Of a DNA stretch of 33,162 nt, positions 24,903 through 33,162 are shown in pieces; the stretch's first letter is position 1; each line of letters begins with the position of its first letter. Position numbers and translations under genes: made by a program. The stretch is from Paraperlucidibaca sp. (lineage in GTDB: Bacteria; Pseudomonadota; Gammaproteobacteria; Pseudomonadales; Moraxellaceae). Under the pieces are notes generated by a model. It saw only the letters and a program-made list of their open reading frames with translations, was not told where the DNA came from and did not search any database. The stretch covers positions 1-33,162 of the forward strand of contig JBDSQT010000046.1 in the NCBI GenBank assembly GCA_039929665.1. The letters run 5' to 3'.

Positions 24903-27026
24903 TTAAGCGCTCACGCGGGTGACTTTATCGACTCCCGGTAAAACGCGGATACGTTTGATGACGCGGGCTAAATGGGTACGATCACGCACCACAAGTCCGA
25001 GCTGCATGACGCCATGATGCGAGCCCTTTTCTTCAATCTGCACATTGTCGATGCTGGCTTCGCTTTCGGTGGCCTCACGAGCGATTTCCGCGAGCATGCC
25101 GCGGCGATTGGCCAATGCGATGCGCAGCTGACAGAGAAATTCGCGATTGACCTTATCGGCCCAGCGTAGTGGCAAGCATTTGTCAGGATTGCTGCGAATT
25201 TCGGCCGCTATATTACGGCATTTATGGCGGTGAATAACCACGCCGCGCCCAGAGCTCAAGTGTCCCATGATGTCATCGCCGGCCAGCGGGCGACAGCAGC
25301 GCGCATACGACACCACTAAGCCTTCGGTGCCACGAATGGCAATGCCTTTACGTGCGGCACTCTTCAGCTTCGGTGTGGTGACCTCGTCTTCCTCGGGCAC
25401 TAAGCGGCGAGCAACGAGCTGCGGTACTTGGTTGCCCATGCCAATACTTTCCAGCAGAGTATTGGCGCTATCCATGCCTAGCTCTTTCAGCAAGTCTGCA
25501 AGCTGTGAGGGCGGCAGCTCGGCGTATTTAACGCCGAGGCCTGAGAGTGATTTTTCCAATAGTCGTAAGCCAAGGTCGCGTGACTCATCGGACTGTTGGT
25601 CTTTCAGGAAATGACGAATCTTTGCGCGGGCTTTACTGGTAATGACGAAGTCTAGCCAACTGGGGTTTGGGCGTGCGCCAGGTGCGATAATAATTTCCAC
25701 AGTTTGCCCGGTGGTCAGCGCTAGGCTCAACGGCGCTAAGCGGTTATCGACTCGTGCAGCGACACAGGTGTCGCCAATATCCGAGTGCACGGCATAGGCA
25801 AAGTCCACGGGTGTGGCGCCTCGCGGCAGCGTCATGATGCGGCCTTTTGGGGTGAATAAATACACCTCATCAGGGAACAGATCGATCTTCACGCTCTCGA
25901 TAAACTCGAGAGAGTCGCCGGCATTTTTCTGCAGCTCTTGCAGCGATTTCATCCATTCACGCGCGCGCGTTTGTGACGTGTTGGTGAAGCCATCGGACTT
26001 ATACAGCCAATGTGCGGCAATGCCGCTGCTGGCCATCGCATCCATGGCCTCAGAGCGTAGCTGGACTTCAATAGGCACGCCGCGAGGGCCTTTCAAAATG
26101 GTGTGCAGCGATTGATAACCATTAGTTTTCGGGATGGCAATATAGTCTTTGAATTTGCCTGGGATGGGCTTGTACAGATTGTGCATAAGGCCAAGCCCGC
26201 GATAACAGGCGTCGACACTGTCTACGACGACGCGAAAGCCGTAAACATCCATGATCTCGGAGAATGATCGGCGCTTTTCGCGCATTTTCTGATAAATGCT
26301 GTAGAGATGCTTTTCGCGGCCCTCCACGCGAGCGCTCAAACCTTCGCGGGCCAAGCGTTCGCTAATCGCAACTTCTAGGCTAATGACCATTTCGCGTCGA
26401 TGTCCGCGCGCTGCCATCACGGCGTGTTGGATGCGCTCAGCACGCATTGGCCAAATGGCGTGAAAGCCTAGTTCTTCGTATTCGATGCGAATATCGTTCA
26501 TGCCTAGGCGCATGGCGATGGGTGCGTAAATATCGAGTGTTTCGCGGGCCACGCGTTTGCGCTTCTCCACGGTTAGCACATCGAGCGTGCGCATATTGTG
26601 CAAACGATCAGCGAGCTTGACCACGATGACTCGCACATCGTGAGTCATCGCGAGAATCATCTTGCGAAAATTTTCCGCCTGCGCCTCGGCCTTACTGTTG
26701 AAGTGCACTTGAGTGAGCTTGGTCACGCCGTCGACCAGTGCCGTGACTTCTTCGCCAAACTCTTTGGCAAGCGCCTCTTTGCTAACGCCGGTATCTTCAA
26801 TGACATCGTGCAGCATAGCGGCCATCAGGCTTTGATGATCCATGTGCATATCGCACAAAATATGAGCAACGGCTAATGGGTGGGTGACGTAAGGATCGCC
26901 ATTGCGCCGGAACTGCCCGCTATGAGCTTGCTCTGAAAAAAGATAGGCGTGATGGATTTGCGCCACTTGTTCGGGCGAAAGATAGTCTGAGAGGCGTTTA
27001 CAGAGGGCGTCGATGCCAGAGTTCAT
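24903..27026 (-). CDS. spoT: Bifunctional (p)ppGpp synthetase/hydrolase SpoT
   Basis: 707 aa with intact HD motif (LHDVIED), [31 protein letters not shown] (DFAYAVHS), CCRP and ACT domains. Confidence 0.97.
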   Translation of the reverse strand: MNSGIDALCKRLSDYLSPEQVAQIHHAYLFSEQAHSGQFRRNGDPYVTHPLAVAHILCDMHMDHQSLMAAMLHDVIEDTGVSKEALAKEFGEEVTALVDGVTKLTQVHFNSKAEAQAENFRKMILAMTHDVRVIVVKLADRLHNMRTLDVLTVEKRKRVARETLDIYAPIAMRLGMNDIRIEYEELGFHAIWPMRAERIQHAVMAARGHRREMVISLEVAISERLAREGLSARVEGREKHLYSIYQKMREKRRSFSEIMDVYGFRVVVDSVDACYRGLGLMHNLYKPIPGKFKDYIAIPKTNGYQSLHTILKGPRGVPIEVQLRSEAMDAMASSGIAAHWLYKSDGFTNTSQTRAREWMKSLQELQKNAGDSLEFIESVKIDLFPDEVYLFTPKGRIMTLPRGATPVDFAYAVHSDIGDTCVAARVDNRLAPLSLALTTGQTVEIIIAPGARPNPSWLDFVITSKARAKIRHFLKDQQSDESRDLGLRLLEKSLSGLGVKYAELPPSQLADLLKELGMDSANTLLESIGMGNQVPQLVARRLVPEEDEVTTPKLKSAARKGIAIRGTEGLVVSYARCCRPLAGDDIMGHLSSGRGVVIHRHKCRNIAAEIRSNPDKCLPLRWADKVNREFLCQLRIALANRRGMLAEIAREATESEASIDNVQIEEKGSHHGVMQLGLVVRDRTHLARVIKRIRVLPGVDKVTRVSA

Positions 27027-27122
27027 TGACTCAGTGTCGACATCGCGAGGCGCTGCGTCAAGAGGCTAAGGCGAGGAATTGCCTGAAAAAAGCCGCATTG
27101 ACGCAGAAGCGTAAGAAAGGTC

Positions 27123-27395
27123 TTACAGATCGATGGGTGGCTGGTATTCGAGGTTACCAAGATTGCTCAAATCGGGCAGTGCTTCTTCTTCTGGCACTTC
27201 GTTGAGAATCTCACGGGTGACTAAGCCAGCAGCGATTTCGCGCAGAGCCATCACGGTGGGTTTGTCGTTTTCCCAGGCTAGGCTGGATTCTTTGCCGCCT
27301 GTGGCTAGTTGGCGGGCGCGCTTAGAGGCAACCAGCACCAGCTCAAAACGGTTATCTAAATTGGTCAGACAGTCTTCGACGGTTACACGGGCCAC
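27123..27395 (-). CDS. rpoZ: RNA polymerase omega subunit
   Basis: A GTG start at 27395 after GGAG gives [10 protein letters not shown]...[16 protein letters not shown]...[10 protein letters not shown] (90 aa). The track start at 27419 is probably too far upstream. Confidence 0.96.
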   Translation of the reverse strand: MARVTVEDCLTNLDNRFELVLVASKRARQLATGGKESSLAWENDKPTVMALREIAAGLVTREILNEVPEEEALPDLSNLGNLEYQPPIDL

Positions 27396-27431
27396 GATAA
27401 CGCTCCAAACAGCGGGCAAATAAGGGGCGAG

Positions 27432-27460
27432 ATTCTAACGCCTGCAGGTTTTTTACACAA
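27432..27460 (-). promoter_or_regulatory. Sigma70 promoter for rpoZ-spoT-ridA
   Basis: Minus strand TTGTGT (27460-27455), 17-bp spacer, TAGAAT (27437-27432), then GC-rich CTCGCCCC. Confidence 0.7.
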
Positions 27461-27473
27461 CCGCTGCGTTACG

Positions 27474-27506
27474 CAGGTTTACAGGCCTGACAAGCCTGCA
27501 AACCTG
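27474..27506 (-). other. Stem-loop immediately after the gmk stop
   Basis: Minus strand CAGGTTTGCAGGC-TTGTCAG-GCCTGTAAACCTG: a 13-bp stem with one G-U pair and no U-tract. Confidence 0.6.
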
Positions 27507-27511
27507 AGCGT

Positions 27512-28177
<666 letters not shown>

Positions 28178-28278
28178 TTAATCAAAAAAATTGCCTGAGG
28201 GCTGCAGCTAAGCGCAACATCGCCATGCGTACGTGGTAAAAATCGTCATCACCTACCTTATAACAATGAGAAAAATAC

Positions 28279-28803
28279 ATGTTAGGTATCCCCTTAGGCC
28301 TACTCACGGCTAACGCCGTTGAGTGGACAATGCACAAATATGTACTGCATGGACTGGGTCGCGATCGTCGCAGCTTTTGGGCATTTCATTTCCATGAGCA
28401 TCACAAAGTGGTGCGCCAGAATGACTACTACGACCCAAATTACGAGAAGTTCCCACTCGGTTTGCACGCGCAGGGCAAGGAGGCGTGGTCATTGATTGCG
28501 GCCAGTACGGTTATCGCGCCGCTGTTTCCGGTGGCGCCTTTTTTTGTCGGCACGCTCTGGTATAGCGCAGCGAATTATTATCGCGTTCACAAGCGCTCAC
28601 ATCAGAATCCTGAGTGGGCGCGTCAGCATGTGCCATGGCACTACGACCATCACATGGGGTCACAGGCAAGTGCCAACTGGTGTGTGACTAAGCCGTGGTT
28701 TGATTATCTAATGGGCACGCGAGTTTTTCGCGCCAATGGTGAGCGAGAGAAAAGCTGGCTTGGCTTGCGCTGGCAAGGTGTCGAGCTGCCGCCAGCGACT
28801 TAG
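28279..28803 (+). CDS. Fatty acid hydroxylase / sterol desaturase superfamily membrane diiron protein
   Basis: 174 aa with His boxes HKYVLH, HFHEHH, HKRSH and HYDHH, the NWCVT..WFDYLMGT motif, and hydrophobic segments. Confidence 0.85.
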   Translation: MLGIPLGLLTANAVEWTMHKYVLHGLGRDRRSFWAFHFHEHHKVVRQNDYYDPNYEKFPLGLHAQGKEAWSLIAASTVIAPLFPVAPFFVGTLWYSAANYYRVHKRSHQNPEWARQHVPWHYDHHMGSQASANWCVTKPWFDYLMGTRVFRANGEREKSWLGLRWQGVELPPAT

Positions 28804-29492
28804 TCTGTATTCGTTGCCAATGAGCGATTCCAGAATGCCGGTCGTGGCGGCGGCGTGGTGACATTTGGTTTGGCCTGCAGATGTTGGCTCATGACCTGAC
28901 CCCAGAGCTCAATAAAGTGATCCGCCACCGATGCGTCATTCATGAGATGGCGCTCCAGCGCCATGCCACGCATCAGCCAGTGCGTCAGCACAAACAGCTG
29001 TGTGGGTTTTATGCCGCCGCAATCAGGCTCGAAATAATGCTTGCTGGCCATGTCCAGCGCCAGGCGGCCGGCATCCCACAGTGTTCGCATCACGCGAGCT
29101 AAATCCTCATCGCGCCGACTGGCCAGCATCAACTCCATCAATGCCAAGCTTTCCGGACCATCGTGCAGTTCGCGCCAACTGGCCGTAATCATATCGGCGG
29201 CGCGCTGCTCAGAGTCGACCACGCCGCGAGTCGCGCGTGCTAGGTGGCGGTTCGTCCAGCGAATTAGATATTCGGCAGTAGCTTCTAGCAAGCTGGCCTT
29301 AGTGGGAAAGTGGTGCATGGGTGCGCCACGTGAGACACCGGCCTGAGTAATGATTTTGCTCACGGTGGTGCCGGCGTAGCCGTCGCTGGCCAAACATAAC
29401 ACCGTGGCTTCAATGAGGCGCTGGCGCATGGCCTCGCTGCGCTCGCCTTGAGTGCGGCGTTGGGCTTCTTTATTTTGAGACTGTGCAGTCAT
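28800..29492 (-). CDS. TetR/AcrR family transcriptional regulator
   Basis: RRTQGERSEAMRQRLIEAT...GYAGTTVSKIITQAGVSRGAPMHHFPTK HTH. The ATG at 29492 after GAGG is preferred over the track start at 29534. Confidence 0.9.
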   Translation of the reverse strand: MTAQSQNKEAQRRTQGERSEAMRQRLIEATVLCLASDGYAGTTVSKIITQAGVSRGAPMHHFPTKASLLEATAEYLIRWTNRHLARATRGVVDSEQRAADMITASWRELHDGPESLALMELMLASRRDEDLARVMRTLWDAGRLALDMASKHYFEPDCGGIKPTQLFVLTHWLMRGMALERHLMNDASVADHFIELWGQVMSQHLQAKPNVTTPPPRPAFWNRSLATNTD

Positions 29493-29540
29493 TTTTACTT
29501 GAAACCTCGGATGAGTCTGCGTATAAAGCAACACAAGTTG

Positions 29541-29550
29541 TACGGCCGTA
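29541..29550. promoter_or_regulatory. Palindrome, candidate TetR operator core
   Basis: TACGGCCGTA is a perfect palindrome in the divergent TetR/acyl-CoA dehydrogenase gap. Confidence 0.45.
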
Positions 29551-29617
29551 TTGTAAATAGGAGGCCGCCAATGTCTAGTTTTTTAACGATGCTATCCATC
29601 GAATGTATTAGGGAGCA

Positions 29618-30793
29618 ATGATGAGCTTGAACGTCCCCACGCCAATGAATGAAATGATTCCGCGCACAATTTTCACCGCGGATCACGAAGATTTTCGTCG
29701 CACTGCTCGTCGTTTCTTTGAAGAAGAAATGGCGCCACACCGTGACAAATGGGAAGAGCAGCAACACATCGACCGTAACTTATGGAATAAGGCCGGCGAG
29801 CTGGGCTTGCTTTGCCCAACCATGCCAGAAGAGTACGGCGGCTCCGGTGTTGATCGTCTTTACAGCGTGATTTTGATGGAAGAGCAAGCGCGCTCTGGCG
29901 ATTCGGCTTCGGGCTTTTCGCTGCATTCAGACATCGTGGCGAACTATCTGAACAACTTTGCTAGCGAAGAGCTGAAGCAGCACTGGTTGCCAAAAATGTG
30001 CACAGGTGAGGCTGTTGGCGCGATCGCCATGACCGAGCCAGGCACCGGCTCTGATCTGCAAGCCGTGCGCACTTCAGCGATTGCCGATGGCGATGACTAC
30101 ATCGTTAATGGCAGCAAAATCTTCATCACCAACGGCTATCTCTGCGATATCGCTGTGGTCGTGGTGAAAACGGGCGACCCCAGCAAAGGCGCTGAAAACG
30201 TATCGTTGTTGCTCATCGAAGCCAACCGTGAAGGCTTCAGCAAAGGCCGTCCGCTGAAAAAAGTGGGCATGAAAGGCCAAGACACCTGTGAGTTATTTTT
30301 CGATAACGTGCGTGTGCCGAAAACGAATTTAATCGGCATTGAAGGCATGGGCTTCATCATGCTGATGAAAGAGCTGGCCTGGGAGCGTTTGATGATCGCG
30401 ATCATGTGCGCCTCAGGTTGTGAGAGCGTGCTGGCTCACACCCTACGGTACGTGCGTGATCGTAAAGTTTTTGGCAAGCCCGTTGCGGCCTACCAAAACA
30501 CCAAATATAAACTCGCCGAACTGCGCTCAGAAACGCAAATCGCGCGGGTGTTTGTCGATCGCTGCATCGAGGAGCAGCTGAAAGGCACGCTGCAAGTAGA
30601 TGCGGCCGCAGCGGCAAAATACTGGGTGTCTGACCTGATCTCGAAAGTCGCCGATGAGTGCGTGCAGCTGCACGGTGGCTACGGCTTCATGACCGAATAT
30701 CCCGTCGCTCAAGCGTATATCGACACGCGTGCCAACCGTATTTACGGTGGCACCAACGAAATCATGAAAGAGCTGATTGCGCGCACTTTCTGA
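29618..30793 (+). CDS. Acyl-CoA dehydrogenase (long-chain LCAD-like)
   Basis: 391 aa with PEEYGG, AIAMTEPGTGSDL, NGSKIFITNG, ERLMIA, QLHGGYG and RIYGGTNEIMK. The exact start among nearby ATGs is uncertain. Confidence 0.94.
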   Translation: MMSLNVPTPMNEMIPRTIFTADHEDFRRTARRFFEEEMAPHRDKWEEQQHIDRNLWNKAGELGLLCPTMPEEYGGSGVDRLYSVILMEEQARSGDSASGFSLHSDIVANYLNNFASEELKQHWLPKMCTGEAVGAIAMTEPGTGSDLQAVRTSAIADGDDYIVNGSKIFITNGYLCDIAVVVVKTGDPSKGAENVSLLLIEANREGFSKGRPLKKVGMKGQDTCELFFDNVRVPKTNLIGIEGMGFIMLMKELAWERLMIAIMCASGCESVLAHTLRYVRDRKVFGKPVAAYQNTKYKLAELRSETQIARVFVDRCIEEQLKGTLQVDAAAAAKYWVSDLISKVADECVQLHGGYGFMTEYPVAQAYIDTRANRIYGGTNEIMKELIARTF

Positions 30794-30840
30794 GCATATT
30801 TTGAGCAGCGTGTTAACTGTTCATGTTAGATGTGCAAATG

Positions 30841-30874
30841 AAAAGGGCTGCAGCTACGCTGCGGCCCTTTTTTT
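30841..30874 (+). terminator. Intrinsic terminator after the acyl-CoA dehydrogenase gene
   Basis: AAAAGGGCTGCAGC-TAC-GCTGCGGCCC followed by T7. Confidence 0.88.
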
Positions 30875-30911
30875 ACGCTATAAATAGACAAACCTTTGAC
30901 AGTGATTCGCC

Positions 30912-31604
30912 ATGACAGAACCGACCCCTTACGTTAGACGCGACACCCTAGTGACCGCCGAAAGTCTTGGCCCACTTGTGCCACGACGAGGCACCGCATT
31001 TAGTCAGCGTATTGGCCTATTGTGGTTGCGCTTGATTGGTTGGCGCATTACCGGCACGCCACCGATGGTAGCTAAAGCCATATTTATTGGCGCGCCGCAC
31101 ACCTCAAACCGGGATGGTTTTGTGGCGGTAGCCACTGCGTTGGCCATTCGTTTGCGCATCAATGTGATGGCGAAAGCCGAGCTCTTTAACAGCCCGTTGG
31201 GGCCGCTATTTCGCTGGATGGGTGTGATGCCGGTCTACCGCAGAGGCTCGCGTGGCGGACAGGTTGAGCAGGTCGTGGCGCGCTTTGCAGCCGAAGAAAG
31301 CGTTTATATTGGCATTGCGCCTGAGGGTACCCGACACGCCTCGCCGGCCTGGAAAACCGGCTTTTATCATATGGCGGTGAAAGCCGGCGTGCCGATCGTG
31401 CCGTTCATCTTAGATTTTGGCCGCAAAGAATTGCACATGCTGCCGGCGTTCTACCCAACCGGCGATTTAGACGCGGATTTGCCGCGCTTGATGGCCCCAT
31501 ATCATGGCATCATTCCGGCCGATCCTTCGCGCCTCTCGTTGCCCTTGAGAGAGCCTTTGGCGACGCACGCTGAAGAGCCGCCGCGCGAACCTCCCGCATT
31601 ATAA
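30912..31604 (+). CDS. PlsC-family lysophospholipid acyltransferase
   Basis: 230 aa with catalytic HxxxxD (HTSNRD), MAKAELF, APEGTR and WKTGFY. Confidence 0.9.
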   Translation: MTEPTPYVRRDTLVTAESLGPLVPRRGTAFSQRIGLLWLRLIGWRITGTPPMVAKAIFIGAPHTSNRDGFVAVATALAIRLRINVMAKAELFNSPLGPLFRWMGVMPVYRRGSRGGQVEQVVARFAAEESVYIGIAPEGTRHASPAWKTGFYHMAVKAGVPIVPFILDFGRKELHMLPAFYPTGDLDADLPRLMAPYHGIIPADPSRLSLPLREPLATHAEEPPREPPAL

Positions 31605-31632
31605 AAAGAACTTAAGTGACTAACGGATTGTT

Positions 31633-32853
31633 ATGGACGCTCTAATCGCCGACTTTAAAGCTGATATGTGGCTTTATATTTCCATTCCTTTTATCAGCGG
31701 CATCATTGGTTATGTCACCAAGGTGGTGGCCATTAAAATGATGTTTTATCCCATCGAGTTTTGGGGTATTAAGCCGTTTTTTGGCTGGCAGGGCATCGTG
31801 CCGCGCAAGTCGGAAAAGATGGCGACCATCGCGGTCGACCTGATGACCGAGCGCCTGATTAAGCCTGAAGAAATTTTTTCGCGGCTTGATCCTAAGCGCA
31901 TCGCGCGCGAGATCGAGGTGCCGATGATGGAAGCCTCGGAAGATATTGTGCGTGAGGTTATGCATCAGTATCAGCCGGGGCTGTGGGAAGGCATGCCGAT
32001 GTTTATGCGGGCGGCGATCATCAAGCGCGTGAAGGGTGAGGCACCGAAAATCGTGCAGACCATCATGAGCGAAGTACAGAACGACGTGTCACGCTACTTC
32101 GATATTCGCCACATGGTCATCAGCAATCTGCAAAAAGACAAAGCCTTGCTCAACGAAGTATTTCAAAGTGTCGGCAAAGAAGAGCTGAAGTTTTTCTGCA
32201 AGGCCGGGTTTTACTTTGGCTTCACCATCGGCTTGGTACAAATGGTCTGCTGGTTAGTGTTTCGTCAGCCCTGGATGCTGCCAGCGTTTGGCGGTTTTGT
32301 TGGCTTCTTCAGCGACTGGTTGGCGCTGCAAATGCTCTTCCGTCCGCTCAATCCGAAAAAGTTTTTGGGCTTCACCATCCATGGCTTATTTTTGAAGCGT
32401 CAGCACGAGGTGGCGGGCGACTATGCCGCGCTCATTTCTAAGCAAATGCTAACGCCCGGCGCGATGATGGAGGAGCTTTTCTCGGGTCCGCGCTCAGATC
32501 GTGTCATCACCTTGCTGCAAAAGCATGTGCGTCGTGTCATTGATGAGCAGGCTGGATTGGCCCGGCCATTGGTGCTCTATGCGGTGGGCACGGAGAAGTA
32601 CATCGCCATGAAGGCTAGCGTGGCTGAGCGTATTTTGGCGCGCCTGCCGGAGACCATGAAGCATATGGAGGCTTATGCTGAAGATGCCATGGATGTGCGC
32701 AATACGCTGATTACGCGGATGCGCCAACTCACTCCGATTGAGTTTGAGGGCATGCTGCGACCGGCCTTTAAGGAGGAGGAGTGGATCTTGATCTTGGTCG
32801 GTGCGGTGCTGGGCGTTTTGGTTGGTGAGATGCAAATTCACTTTATGTTGTAG
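31633..32853 (+). CDS. DUF445-family membrane protein
   Basis: 406 aa with IGYVTKVVAIKMMFYP, GWQGIVP and C-terminal EEWILILVGAVLGVLVG; internally duplicated. Confidence 0.8.
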   Translation: MDALIADFKADMWLYISIPFISGIIGYVTKVVAIKMMFYPIEFWGIKPFFGWQGIVPRKSEKMATIAVDLMTERLIKPEEIFSRLDPKRIAREIEVPMMEASEDIVREVMHQYQPGLWEGMPMFMRAAIIKRVKGEAPKIVQTIMSEVQNDVSRYFDIRHMVISNLQKDKALLNEVFQSVGKEELKFFCKAGFYFGFTIGLVQMVCWLVFRQPWMLPAFGGFVGFFSDWLALQMLFRPLNPKKFLGFTIHGLFLKRQHEVAGDYAALISKQMLTPGAMMEELFSGPRSDRVITLLQKHVRRVIDEQAGLARPLVLYAVGTEKYIAMKASVAERILARLPETMKHMEAYAEDAMDVRNTLITRMRQLTPIEFEGMLRPAFKEEEWILILVGAVLGVLVGEMQIHFML

Positions 32854-32875
32854 CGCCTTAGGGCCGGAGAGGGTT

Positions 32876-33162
32876 ATGCGTTGGCTGCTGCTATGTTTTA
32901 CCTGTGTGATTGCCGCATGCAGCAGTCACCCGCCTATTCGCACCGAAACCAGTGTTGATATTCCACGCTTTATGGGTACGTGGCATGTCCATGGGCACAC
33001 CCCGCTGTTAGTCGACGGGGAGGCTTATCGGCAAACCGAAACCTATCGGTTTGAAGCGCCCAACATCGTGCATACGACCTTTCAGTTCAATGACGGTGGC
33101 CCTACCGGCCCCTTGAAAACCTACACCCCCACCGGCTTTGTTGATCTCGAGAGCGGTGGCGG
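32876..33162 (+). CDS. Lipocalin-family (Blc-like) lipoprotein, truncated by window edge
   Basis: Manual translation MRWLLLCFTCVIAACSSHPPIRTETSVDIPRFMGTWHV... shows lipobox IAA-C and the lipocalin SCR1 motif D..RFMG.W; GGAG/GAGG RBS. Absent from the ORF track. Confidence 0.82.
   Translation, partial: MRWLLLCFTCVIAACSSHPPIRTETSVDIPRFMGTWHVHGHTPLLVDGEAYRQTETYRFEAPNIVHTTFQFNDGGPTGPLKTYTPTGFVDLESGG

Overview
A core chromosomal segment of a mid-GC gammaproteobacterium. The gene order resembles Pseudomonadales/Moraxellales; a Perlucidibaca/Paraperlucidibaca-like organism is my inference only. In order: a membrane PAS-GGDEF-EAL gene running off the left edge (absent from the ORF track), uvrD, an acyl-CoA thioesterase, pstSCAB-phoU converging on phoBR, ubiCA, a rubrerythrin-rubredoxin-rubredoxin reductase cluster (the 54-aa rubredoxin is absent from the track), a Sel1 protein, oxyR-recG, an epimerase, a CocE/NonD-type lipoprotein with Gly/Asp/Thr repeats, gmk-rpoZ-spoT-ridA, and a lipid cluster (His-box hydroxylase, TetR, acyl-CoA dehydrogenase, PlsC-like acyltransferase, DUF445, partial lipocalin). 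I saw no rRNA, tRNA, CRISPR array, IS, phage or defence genes. The best leads are three. (1) An apparently OxyR-controlled NAD(P)H -> RubB -> RubA -> rubrerythrin peroxide-reduction chain; a 17/19-identical operator-like motif lies upstream of both rbr and oxyR, and the rubrerythrin has a duplicated C-terminal helix. (2) A perfect 24-bp palindrome in which convergent phoU and phoR both end L-E-S-stop with stop codons overlapping in one TTAA. (3) A five-half-site Pho-box arrangement at phoB. Most genes belong to known families; novelty claims are inferences that need database searches or experiments.
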